A stretch of 64,000 nucleotides of DNA, from assembly GCA_002503285.1 (NCBI GenBank), contig DARI01000008.1:1581-65580 (forward strand). Direction: 5' to 3'. Below are positions 1 through 9,191 of the stretch, in pieces. The translations under genes and the position numbers were made by a program. The notes below the pieces were generated by a model. That model saw only the letters and a program-made list of their open reading frames with translations, was not told the DNA's origin and did not search any database. The stretch's first letter is position 1, and each line of letters opens with the position of its first letter. Source of the DNA: Euryarchaeota archaeon UBA557. Its GTDB lineage: Archaea; Thermoplasmatota; Poseidoniia; Poseidoniales; Thalassarchaeaceae.

Positions 1-464
1 CCTTTTCCTCCAGCAAGGACATCTCTTTTTATGACCCACGGAGGATTAAAATATTCTAAAATTTCATGATTATTAGATACTTCAGATATTAATACATACT
101 CGGCTGTTGGAATATTAAGTGATTTCATTAATTCTTTTGCATATTTTTTAGAACCTTCTAAATTAGCCCATTTAGAAATTGGACCGAAACAATTAATATT
201 AATTTTTTTTAACTCATCAGCAATGCCATTAACAAGTGGCATCTCGGGACCAATTATTACTAAATCTACATTTAATTTAGAAGCTAAGTTAGTAATATTT
301 TCAGACTTTGATATGTCAATATCATGATTTACTGCGATTTCATAGGTTCCAACATTACCAGGGGCAACATGAATATTGTCTATTGACTTACTGTTATTTA
401 GGCCAATGGCGATAGCGTGTTCCCTACCTCCATTGCCTATAATCAGAACATCTAGAAGTACCAT
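1..464 (-). CDS. purD: Phosphoribosylamine-glycine ligase, N-terminal part (runs off window start)
   Basis: Manual translation from ATG at 464: MVLLDVLIIGNGGREHAIA...HVAPGN...IGPEMPLVNGIAD...FGP...LEGSKKYAKELM...VIKRDVLAGGK, all GARS motifs. Not in the ORF track. Confidence 0.95.
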   Translation of the reverse strand, partial: MVLLDVLIIGNGGREHAIAIGLNNSKSIDNIHVAPGNVGTYEIAVNHDIDISKSENITNLASKLNVDLVIIGPEMPLVNGIADELKKININCFGPISKWANLEGSKKYAKELMKSLNIPTAEYVLISEVSNNHEILEYFNPPWVIKRDVLAGGK

Positions 465-504
465 TAGGACGTGCGAAGATAATTAGCAATAAGAATATAC
501 TTAA

Positions 505-1158
505 TCAATATGGGACGTCCTTGAGTCCTAATTTAAATCCAAGAATATTTGTTACCCTATGAATAATTGGCGTTAAAACTAACAGGATTAAAATAGGAAA
601 GATAAAGAAATTCTGTGTAAAAACCTGATTTGGAAATAACGCAAAACTGGATATAAATATACAAATTGCAAATGGCATAGTATCCAATATTGGTGCTTTA
701 GAACTTACAATGCCTTCTCTTTTGAGTCCCTTTCTTCTTTTGAAAAATGATCCTAATGAATCTCCAAAAAGACAAAAAAAGCCAAGAGTACATCCCAAGA
801 TAAAAGCAGTCAAATAATCATTGTAAAGCCAAAACCAATCGCTAGAATCCGTCATATCAAGTGGATCTACAAAGAGATTATTTGAGTCAATAGAATTATC
901 ATTCCAAATAATATGTGATAAAGTCATCAGTATTCCACTGAAAAATGCACCTCCGAACAATCCATTCCATGATTTTCCATCACCCAAAATCCTATTTCCA
1001 TCTGACCACGACCGCCCTCCATCTATAGTCAGCGTCTTAGTTTTGGTTAATTCTGGAATCCATTTTCCAAATAACATAGCACCAGTGTTGGCTAGATATG
1101 CCGGACCATATAATAATAATATAGTTACAATATCTAAAGCGAACTCAAGTACGAGCAT
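505..1158 (-). CDS. carS: CDP-archaeol synthase (CDP-2,3-bis-O-geranylgeranyl-sn-glycerol synthase, DUF46)
   Basis: Motifs PAYLAN, IDGG..DG.RILGDGKSWNG, GDSLGSFFKRR, P.LD and the C-terminal LGLKDVPY; multi-pass hydrophobic protein. Confidence 0.9.
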   Translation of the reverse strand: MLVLEFALDIVTILLLYGPAYLANTGAMLFGKWIPELTKTKTLTIDGGRSWSDGNRILGDGKSWNGLFGGAFFSGILMTLSHIIWNDNSIDSNNLFVDPLDMTDSSDWFWLYNDYLTAFILGCTLGFFCLFGDSLGSFFKRRKGLKREGIVSSKAPILDTMPFAICIFISSFALFPNQVFTQNFFIFPILILLVLTPIIHRVTNILGFKLGLKDVPY

Positions 1159-1249
1159 ATATTGTTCGTAGTATGATTTATTGAAAGAGTTGTCCCAATA
1201 TTAATCATATAATCGAATAGTTAATTGGGCATCCACACTTGGGAATATT

Positions 1250-2941
1250 ATGTCAATTAAGAAATTTGTAACATTCATAATGATAATGATGTATCTAAAT
1301 ATATCAGTTTCAGGAATAGTGATGGGTCAACAAGGAGGAGATATATTGATAGAATCGAATGTTACTTGGACTGAAAACAATAATTTAGAAAGTAATATAA
1401 AAATAATTAACGGAGGTAAGTTGACTATCAGTAATTCAGAGTTGATAATTTCAACAGGTTTGACCATAAATATAGAATCAGGAGGTAAGTTAATTATTGA
1501 CAATTCTACCATAATATCTGATAATATACCTTCTAACTTAGTTGGATATGGCTATTGTGATCAGTACAACAGATCAACAATAATTATTAATGAAGATCTA
1601 TATAATGAAGAATTTGAAATTACGATTGTAGCGGTAGAAGGGACTACATTCAATGGTGCAAGTGCCTATATAAACGATGAAATCTTAGAAATGAGTGGCG
1701 AAGAATTTTCATATTCATTTAGTGACCAGAATGGTAAAATTGAGATAGGGATGCATGGATATGGGTGTACTAATCCAATAACTGTAAGTAATATCCAGAT
1801 ACTTGATGAAGGAGTAACAAAAAATTATGATGCAATAGAACTTGACCATAGGAATATGAGGCCTTTTGGTATTCAAAATTATGAAATTAATATAGAAGGA
1901 TCATTGAATTCGTATAATTCCTCAATAATAGGCGGTTTAATTAAATCATCTGGAGATATCAAATTATTTGATTCCTATTTAGATAGATCAGGTCCAATAT
2001 TACTATTAAGTGATAATTCATCAATAACGATAAGCGGGAATTCCAATTTTACAAATAGCTTCGATGATCATGACATAAGGGCAACGCCGGAAAGTACAAT
2101 AAATTGGGAGGAGGGCGTATTTGGGTCCGGAGGATTAACCGACAAGTGGGAAAGAAGAATTAAAGGGCAGTACCTAGAATTTGATGCCGTTTATGTTGAA
2201 TATCAAATTTTAGGGCTCTATGGAGTTAACAAATATACTAATTTTAGTAATTCAGAAGGTATATCTTACATTGATGGAGGGAGAGAAAGAATTATCGAAA
2301 TTGCATGGTCACAGGATAATATTTGGAAGGAAAATGATATATGGGCGGAAAATGCAATAATAAATGTAATCAAATACAGAACGGCATGGAATCCAGAAAA
2401 CTCTCAGATAGAAAATTATGGAACTTATGGAATTACACTAGATAAGACAGAGAGTATTAAAATATTTCAAAATACCCCAAAAATTGAATGGGTGAATTTG
2501 GAATCTGAAAATAACATAAAAAATGCATCCGACTCAATTAATATGATTGCTAAAATAAAAAACATAGGCGATGCAGCTGCCCATATAGCGATTACGTGTT
2601 ACTTGAATAGTACGGGTGAAGCAGCACAAACTGATAGTTATCCCAATACTTTGATAAATCCAAATGAAAGTGGTGAAATATTATTCAATTGGCGAAGTAT
2701 TAAGTCAGGAAATGAGCAATTAAACTGTAAAATATTAACGCCTACCCAATTAGTGAATGAAGATTCTTTTGGAGGAGGTAGTATGACCAGCTCCATCATT
2801 AATTGGGAATCAATAGCCGATGAGGATGGACTATCTTATATTATGCCAACCATAATAGCATTAATTTTTGGCATATTCTTCTCCGGATATATTATTGTAA
2901 ATAATATAAAAAATAATAATTTAGAATATGATAAAGATTAG
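1250..2941 (+). CDS. Secreted, C-terminally anchored surface protein (beta-rich N-terminus, CARDB/Ig-like domain before the TM helix)
   Basis: 563 aa; N-terminal signal-like segment, GGKL.I.NS repeats, IAKIKNIG CARDB-like strand, C-terminal TM helix. Confidence 0.6.
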   Translation: MSIKKFVTFIMIMMYLNISVSGIVMGQQGGDILIESNVTWTENNNLESNIKIINGGKLTISNSELIISTGLTINIESGGKLIIDNSTIISDNIPSNLVGYGYCDQYNRSTIIINEDLYNEEFEITIVAVEGTTFNGASAYINDEILEMSGEEFSYSFSDQNGKIEIGMHGYGCTNPITVSNIQILDEGVTKNYDAIELDHRNMRPFGIQNYEINIEGSLNSYNSSIIGGLIKSSGDIKLFDSYLDRSGPILLLSDNSSITISGNSNFTNSFDDHDIRATPESTINWEEGVFGSGGLTDKWERRIKGQYLEFDAVYVEYQILGLYGVNKYTNFSNSEGISYIDGGRERIIEIAWSQDNIWKENDIWAENAIINVIKYRTAWNPENSQIENYGTYGITLDKTESIKIFQNTPKIEWVNLESENNIKNASDSINMIAKIKNIGDAAAHIAITCYLNSTGEAAQTDSYPNTLINPNESGEILFNWRSIKSGNEQLNCKILTPTQLVNEDSFGGGSMTSSIINWESIADEDGLSYIMPTIIALIFGIFFSGYIIVNNIKNNNLEYDKD

Positions 2942-2955
2942 ATAATAATAATATT

Positions 2956-4311
2956 TTATATTAATCCTTGTGCTGTCATGGCCTCTGCAACTTTAAGGAA
3001 ACCTGCGATATTAGCTCCAGCAACGTAATCTCCAGGAAGCCCATATTTTTTTGCAGTATCAAAGGCATTCTTATGTATATCGACCATTATTTTTTGTAGT
3101 CTATCATCAACTTCTTCTCTTGACCAAGATAATCTTAAACTATTTTGTGACATTTCTAAACCTGAAGTAGCAACTCCTCCTGCATTTGATGCTTTTCCAG
3201 GTGCAAATAGAATTCCATGCTGTTGAAATATTTCTATAGCTTCAGGAGTACATGGCATATTTGCACCTTCAGCGACTGCAATGACATTATTTGCAGCAAG
3301 CATTTTTGCTTCTTCACCGTTTATTTCATTTTGCGTAGCACAGGGGAGCGCAATGTCTACGTTTACTCCCCATAATCCATTTGATGATGGTTCTGGTTCA
3401 GATTTTGTAAAAATTGACCCAGTAAATTTATTTGCATACTCACTAATTCTACCTCTATGGATATTTTTTAAATCCATAATCCAATCTAGTTTTTCTCTGT
3501 CTATTCCAGCAGAATCATAAATCCAGCCTGAAGAATCTGACATAGTTACTACTTTACCACCCAAATCTATAACTTTTTCAGCAGCGAACTGAGCAACATT
3601 CCCGCTACCGCTAATGCTGCATTCAGTACCTTCAAAGGATTTATTTTTTGTTGCTAGCATTTCTTTAGCAAAGTAAACCAATCCATATCCAGTGGCTTCC
3701 GGACGTATTAAAGATCCTCCATATGAAGGGCCTTTTCCAGTCAATATTCCTGTGAATTCATTTGCTAACTTCTTATACATGCCAAATAAATATCCTATTT
3801 CTCTACCGCCAACTCCTATGTCGCCAGCAGGAACATCTAGATTAGCACCTATGTGCCTAAATAATTCCATCATAAATGACTGACAAAAACGCATAACTTC
3901 TTGATCAGATTTTCCTTTTGGATTAAAGTCTGATCCACCTTTTCCTCCACCCATTGGTAGTCCAGTTAGGCTATTTTTGAAAACCTGTTCAAATGCTAAA
4001 AATTTTAGAATTGATTGATTTACAGAATGATGAAATCTCAAACCGCCCTTATATGGGCCGATTGCACCGTTCATTTGTATTCTAAAGCCCCTATTAATTT
4101 GTAACGCGCCGTTATCATCATACCATGGAACCTTGAATTGAATTATTCTTTCGGCTTCAACAATTGATCTAACTACCGGAAGATATTCTGGATGCTGTTT
4201 GATGACAGGAGACAAACTTTCTAGAACTTCTTCTACTGCTTGATGGAACTCAGGTTGATTAGGGTCTCTTTTTATCACGTCTTCATAAATAGATTTCATT
4301 ATTTTATCCAT
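2956..4311 (-). CDS. gdhA: NADP-specific glutamate dehydrogenase (bacterial GdhA type)
   Basis: Motifs GPYKGGLRFH, KNSLTGLPMGGGKGG, DVPAGDIGVG, RPEATGYG, GSGNVA. Start moved to ATG 4311, which follows the SD AGGTGA. Confidence 0.97.
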   Translation of the reverse strand: MDKIMKSIYEDVIKRDPNQPEFHQAVEEVLESLSPVIKQHPEYLPVVRSIVEAERIIQFKVPWYDDNGALQINRGFRIQMNGAIGPYKGGLRFHHSVNQSILKFLAFEQVFKNSLTGLPMGGGKGGSDFNPKGKSDQEVMRFCQSFMMELFRHIGANLDVPAGDIGVGGREIGYLFGMYKKLANEFTGILTGKGPSYGGSLIRPEATGYGLVYFAKEMLATKNKSFEGTECSISGSGNVAQFAAEKVIDLGGKVVTMSDSSGWIYDSAGIDREKLDWIMDLKNIHRGRISEYANKFTGSIFTKSEPEPSSNGLWGVNVDIALPCATQNEINGEEAKMLAANNVIAVAEGANMPCTPEAIEIFQQHGILFAPGKASNAGGVATSGLEMSQNSLRLSWSREEVDDRLQKIMVDIHKNAFDTAKKYGLPGDYVAGANIAGFLKVAEAMTAQGLI

Positions 4312-4428
4312 TAGTTTCACCTATATCAGATTTTTTTTGTAGTCTGATGGAGCGCGCGAAGCGCCTATTACTTTTGAATAATTTCCCTATAAAATATCCA
4401 ATAATATCTAATTAGTAGTATTAAAGAA

Positions 4429-5742
4429 CTAATCAAGAAGATAGGATTTAATTAGTTTTGATACTATCTCCCTATGGCTTGGGACAGTCATCACATATAC
4501 TGCCGATTGGCTTACTTGACGACTCCTTAATGCCTCGGCGATTGGAGTATGCTCCCTTAGCCACCTAATTTTTCCATCATCTCCAATAATTTTAATATCA
4601 ACTTGGGCCATCCTTGGTTCCGATAGAAGTAATTTTACGCTCGGCATATCTATTAAAACATAACCAGGAAGTAACCCGGCACGAGATGCAATTTCATCTT
4701 CAAAAGACCTTCTAACAGATGAATTTTGAGACATTTCAATCAATCTAGTAACTTGATAGTCCAATAACTCTTGACGACGGAGACTAACGCACACTTTCAT
4801 TAATTGGCGATATTTGAAACGTTTTACTATATCTCTTGAATAATCATTTGCACTATTTAAAGCACCCCAAACTTCTGAATCTACATATCTTTGCATATCA
4901 AGAGAATCTGGGAGTGAGTCTAGGCTTCTCTCTACTGCGCTTGAAAGCATGACTTCAGTTACTCTGGTCACTCTATGAAAATATACAGAACTATACATAA
5001 GTCCTCGTGCTACTAACATGCCTTCCAACGAAGAAATACCCCCCTCATTAATTGCAATATCTCCCCCTTTACTATCCATGCTAGATATGAGTCTATTGTG
5101 ATCTATGATGCCATGTTTCACTCCAGTAAAGTGTGAATCCCTTAGCAAATAATCTATTTGATCGCAATCTACAGGCCCGTGAACTAAATGTGATAAAGTA
5201 TTGTCAATACCTACAAAGTCTTCTTTTCCTTCAGTCCATGACAATAAAGACCTTTCAGTTCCGCCAGCATCAGGACCACGTATAAAATTAGCAATTTCAT
5301 TTGGAACTAAGTCATATGACTCCAAAATCTCTGGAATCATTATTCTATCGTCATTAGGTATTTCATCGGATCTTAAAACATCATATTCTCCTATAATGAT
5401 GCCTTCAGTTACTGACATATGATCCAAACCACCTTGTTCATGAAGAATGTGTTCCAATGTGTGAGAATATGGGCCATGCCCCACATCATGTAACATTCCC
5501 GCAACTTGTACTGTCAATTTTTCATGTTCATCTAAATTTAATGAGTTTGCCATCATCCCGGCTACGTGAGATACTCCAAGAGAATGTTCAAAACGTGTAT
5601 GATGTGCTCCGGGGAAAACTAGATGCGCAAGTCCTAATTGCTTAATATGGCTAAGCTTATTCATCTCAGGAGTTTTGAGTAATTCTTCCCTTACACCAGA
5701 GATATTAAATTGTCCATGAATTGTGTCATTTATGATTTTCAC
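4429..5742 (-). CDS. HD-domain phosphohydrolase, dNTP triphosphohydrolase (SAMHD1/YdhJ-like) family
   Basis: Motifs IKQLG...HTRFEHSLG, LHDVGHGPYSH, D.D..DYLLRD, R..MY..VYFH; GTG start after SD GGAGGAG. Confidence 0.88.
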   Translation of the reverse strand: MKIINDTIHGQFNISGVREELLKTPEMNKLSHIKQLGLAHLVFPGAHHTRFEHSLGVSHVAGMMANSLNLDEHEKLTVQVAGMLHDVGHGPYSHTLEHILHEQGGLDHMSVTEGIIIGEYDVLRSDEIPNDDRIMIPEILESYDLVPNEIANFIRGPDAGGTERSLLSWTEGKEDFVGIDNTLSHLVHGPVDCDQIDYLLRDSHFTGVKHGIIDHNRLISSMDSKGGDIAINEGGISSLEGMLVARGLMYSSVYFHRVTRVTEVMLSSAVERSLDSLPDSLDMQRYVDSEVWGALNSANDYSRDIVKRFKYRQLMKVCVSLRRQELLDYQVTRLIEMSQNSSVRRSFEDEIASRAGLLPGYVLIDMPSVKLLLSEPRMAQVDIKIIGDDGKIRWLREHTPIAEALRSRQVSQSAVYVMTVPSHREIVSKLIKSYLLD

Positions 5743-5828
5743 ATATACTCCTCCATTATATCGGAAACAATACTCTCCTTTGAATTAAACTATTAAAAAT
5801 AAATATTAAAGGATTTAAAAATATATAA

Positions 5829-5867
5829 TTGTAATTCATTTGCATTTCAATTGCATTATATTTATAT
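5829..5867 (+). promoter_or_regulatory. Three 11-bp-phased TTGYAWT repeats followed by TATA box TTTATAT, upstream of the RHH gene
   Basis: TTGTAAT at 5829, TTGCATT at 5840 and 5851, TTTATAT at 5861; ATG at 5892. Confidence 0.5.
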
Positions 5868-5891
5868 GCTTAATGCTATCTCGAGGATACA

Positions 5892-6275
5892 ATGAAGAGT
5901 CCGAGATTAGCCGGTAACAGTCCCATGGTATCACTTAGAATACCTGAGGACTATCTTTTGGAATTGGATCAAAGGATTGGCTTAGATGGGTCAAGGAATA
6001 GATCTGACGTAATAAGGGAGGCGGTTAGAAAATTTATTTCATCTCCACTTTCAACAATAAATGAAAGAATAGAAGTTAATTTAGGGCCAGATCTTACTAT
6101 TAGGATGAAGAATTATTGTGATTTACATGCAGCATCTCCTGAAAATGTATTGAAACAGGGAGCAAAGGAATATATTCGTAAAGACACTTTAGATGGAGTG
6201 ACAATAGACAATATAATCTCAGCACGAATGGAGCAAGTTCGTGCCCATTATAATAATGATTCAAATGCTCAATAA
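5892..6275 (+). CDS. Ribbon-helix-helix (CopG/CdrS-like) transcription regulator, probably two tandem RHH units
   Basis: MVSLRIPEDYLLELDQ...NRSDVIREAVRKFI is a typical RHH; RIEVNLGPDLTIRMKNYC...PENVLKQGAKEYI looks like a second, degenerate one. Confidence 0.8.
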   Translation: MKSPRLAGNSPMVSLRIPEDYLLELDQRIGLDGSRNRSDVIREAVRKFISSPLSTINERIEVNLGPDLTIRMKNYCDLHAASPENVLKQGAKEYIRKDTLDGVTIDNIISARMEQVRAHYNNDSNAQ

Positions 6276-6288
6276 ATAGGTGAGAGAA

Positions 6289-6516
6289 ATGAGCAAAGAT
6301 GGGATGCACAAAAAAAATGCGGGGGAGCGAAGGGGACGCTCCCTCGCCAAACATCACACAAATGAAATTAAGCCAATGATTGGACTAAGAGGAATAGTCA
6401 AAAGAGCAAAATTATCTAATGCTGTTGGTTATGACGCAAAGGAAGCCCCGCGAAATACTCGTGGAATTGTTTCAGATAACAAATATGGAATAAGTTTTGG
6501 AAATAAGTACAGATAA
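6289..6516 (+). CDS. Small basic hypothetical protein (75 aa)
   Basis: SD GGTGA at 6279-6283 then ATG 6289; K/R-rich; begins 13 nt after the RHH stop. Confidence 0.6.
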   Translation: MSKDGMHKKNAGERRGRSLAKHHTNEIKPMIGLRGIVKRAKLSNAVGYDAKEAPRNTRGIVSDNKYGISFGNKYR

Positions 6517-6644
6517 AATATTCATTTATCCATCATTATAATTGATAACTGATAGTAGTTTTTTAAAAATTTTTATACTTTCAATAAAGAACAATCTTAT
6601 TGGCCGTTCTATTGCCAGCATCAAAAAAGATGGGTGACGAGGAA

Positions 6645-8675
6645 ATGTCAACTAACATGAAATTTTTTGCTCATGATACTCTTAGACCATCACAAAAAGA
6701 AATGTTAGAAGATGGCATAAATACATTAAGAGAAAATGGATTTTTGCTTGCCGCGGCCCCAACTGGAATAGGTAAAACAGCTGCATCATTGGCTGCTGCA
6801 TTAAAAATTTCATACGATTCGGTTAATGAAAAAAAAATACTTTTTTTAACAGGTCGACAATCTCAACACAAAATTGTAGTTGATACTATAAAGTCTTTAA
6901 ATGAACGTAAAGTTTCGAATATACCTGACATAAAATTAGTAGATATTATTGGTAGAGAGGGAATGTGTAAAAATATTCAACCTCTAACGGGTGAGTGTTC
7001 TTGTGAGGTAAATATAGAAGAAGGATCTAGAAAATCTAGAAGGATAAGGTTAGCAAATAGGATTTTAGAAAGTCCAATGCACGTAGAGGAAATTATACAA
7101 TTGGCAGAAAAGGTTGAATCTTGCCCTTGGGCAGCTGCAAGATTTGCAGCCAAAGGGGCTAGAGTCATAGTCTGTGATTATAATCATGTATTTATCGAAA
7201 ACGTAATGGAATTATCTCTACCGGCAATGGGAATAGAATTAGAAAATACCATATTAATTGTTGATGAAGCGCATAATTTACCAGATAGAATAAGGAATGG
7301 TCTAGAGAGAATCGTCGAACATAGGACATTTGAAGACGCATATAGCGAATTAGAAGAATTCTTAGGTAATAAAGAGAATAAGTTAAAGAAAATAGAAGTA
7401 GATAATCCATATGGAAATAAGGAAATTGAAGATATAAGGAGTACTACAAATCAATTGAATAAACTAAGAAAGGAGATGAAAAAATGGTTTAACTCTAAAG
7501 AAGGTTTATTAATAAATGAAAAGGATATGAAAATTGAAACGAATGATTTTTTGGGAGAAATTAATTCTATTTTAATGGAATCTTTGGAATTTAAAAATAA
7601 TAACAATTTTGCCGTACTTAGAAAAATGATAAATCAATTATCAATAGTTAAAGTTGAAAATGATGATTCGATAGATTCAGAAGGAGATGAGACCACAGCA
7701 TGTTCAAGACTTGGGGAAATGTTAGAGACTTGTTTAGAATACATAAATAGTTCAGCATTGGCCCTTGTCATAGATAAAATAGGCGAACGAGATAAAATAA
7801 TTGTTCGAAGTTTTTTACTAGATCCGGGAGTAGTAAGTGGACCCTTATTTGAAAAATCGAGTGGGTCGATAATTATGTCAGGTACACTTTATCCTCCAGG
7901 AATGTATTCAGATATCTTACGGATTCCTGATGATAGGGAAGTTATTGCTAAAGAATATAAATCAGATTTTTTATCAAATAGGAGGCCGATTTTAATTGCA
8001 AGGGATGTCACTACAAAATTTACAGACAGAGGGATGAATAATTCTCACAACATAAGGATGCACATTAAATCAGTATTAAACAATACAAATGGGAATATAG
8101 CATTATTTTTCCCTAGTTATATGATGTTGGATAATATCGTTAATCATGAGGGATCTTCTTGGATCCCATGGTCCATAACTCACCATATTATTGAGAGAAG
8201 GATGATGTCCAAAGGAGAGGTTGGAAAAAAGGTAAATAAATTACATGAAAGTAGAAAGAAAGGAGAAAGATGTATACTTATAGGAGTATTAGGAGGAAAA
8301 TTCTCAGAAGGAGTAGATTATCCTGAAAATATATTGGATGCAGTTATTTGTGTTGGCATTCCCCTTGCTCCTCCAAGTGCAAGACAAAATGCATTAAAGT
8401 CGTATTATGAAAAAAGGTTTGGAAATGTGTTGGCATGGCGATATTCTAGCTCTCAGCCAGCAGTTAATAGCCTGATGCAGGCGATCGGCAGGCCGATTCG
8501 AAAGGGAGAAGATAGGGCACTTGTAGTATTACTAGAAAACAGGTTACTTAACAGGAATTATAAAATATGTATGCCTAATTCATTACAAATAAGGCAAACT
8601 AGCAATTATATAAGAACTGAAAAGTTTACAAAATCTTTTTTTGAACATTTTCCAGAACCTGCAATTAAGAAATAA
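6645..8675 (+). CDS. XPD/Rad3/DinG-family Fe-S DNA helicase
   Basis: Q motif RPSQ, Walker A APTGIGKT, Cys cluster (REGMC, ECSC, CPW), DEAHN, SGTL, FSEGVDY, QAIGRPIR; SD GGTGA before ATG 6645. Confidence 0.92.
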   Translation: MSTNMKFFAHDTLRPSQKEMLEDGINTLRENGFLLAAAPTGIGKTAASLAAALKISYDSVNEKKILFLTGRQSQHKIVVDTIKSLNERKVSNIPDIKLVDIIGREGMCKNIQPLTGECSCEVNIEEGSRKSRRIRLANRILESPMHVEEIIQLAEKVESCPWAAARFAAKGARVIVCDYNHVFIENVMELSLPAMGIELENTILIVDEAHNLPDRIRNGLERIVEHRTFEDAYSELEEFLGNKENKLKKIEVDNPYGNKEIEDIRSTTNQLNKLRKEMKKWFNSKEGLLINEKDMKIETNDFLGEINSILMESLEFKNNNNFAVLRKMINQLSIVKVENDDSIDSEGDETTACSRLGEMLETCLEYINSSALALVIDKIGERDKIIVRSFLLDPGVVSGPLFEKSSGSIIMSGTLYPPGMYSDILRIPDDREVIAKEYKSDFLSNRRPILIARDVTTKFTDRGMNNSHNIRMHIKSVLNNTNGNIALFFPSYMMLDNIVNHEGSSWIPWSITHHIIERRMMSKGEVGKKVNKLHESRKKGERCILIGVLGGKFSEGVDYPENILDAVICVGIPLAPPSARQNALKSYYEKRFGNVLAWRYSSSQPAVNSLMQAIGRPIRKGEDRALVVLLENRLLNRNYKICMPNSLQIRQTSNYIRTEKFTKSFFEHFPEPAIKK

Positions 8676-8722
8676 TGAACAATGAGTTAATGCACCTTGA
8701 ACCTGTGGGCTGAGTTGATAAC

Positions 8723-9184
8723 ATGGATTGGGAAAGACTGGAAATATCAATTTTAGAATCAGAACAAGATAGATATGGCACGGATAGTAATGAAGAATTT
8801 GGATTAGATATAAACGCAGAAAAAATGCATGATTCGTTTCTAAATAGATTAACTCATTTAAATGATGTTAAATCTAGCCATAACAATATGATATCAAAAT
8901 TAGCAGGTTCAATGGAAGATGAGAAGGTATCACTAAAGGAAATACGCAATTTAAGTTTTTTTAAGGATATTTCAAAACCAATAGAAATTAAATCTAATTT
9001 TTTAATTCCATTAGAATCGAATTCTCCAAAGGACATAATAGTTGAAATTAACAAAAAACGTACACATCTAAGAATTATTGTACCGAATACATTCGGAGGT
9101 AATGTTGAGGAATTCTTGATTAATGATGGTATAGAAATTAGTAAAGGAATTTGGTCCAAAGGTACGTTAGAATTGAGCAATTAG
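8723..9184 (+). CDS. Hypothetical protein, possibly with a degenerate Hsp20/alpha-crystallin-like C-terminus
   Basis: 153-aa ORF filling the gap; ends KGIWSKGTLEL, resembling the sHsp A.Y.NG.LEI motif. Confidence 0.5.
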   Translation: MDWERLEISILESEQDRYGTDSNEEFGLDINAEKMHDSFLNRLTHLNDVKSSHNNMISKLAGSMEDEKVSLKEIRNLSFFKDISKPIEIKSNFLIPLESNSPKDIIVEINKKRTHLRIIVPNTFGGNVEEFLINDGIEISKGIWSKGTLELSN

Positions 9185-9191
9185 GAATCAT

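Noticed and set aside
4429-8675. HD dNTPase + RHH + DinG/XPD helicase as an antiviral defence locus
   Set aside because: Both enzymes look like ordinary archaeal housekeeping members, they are divergently arranged, and no nuclease, Cas or other defence gene is adjacent.
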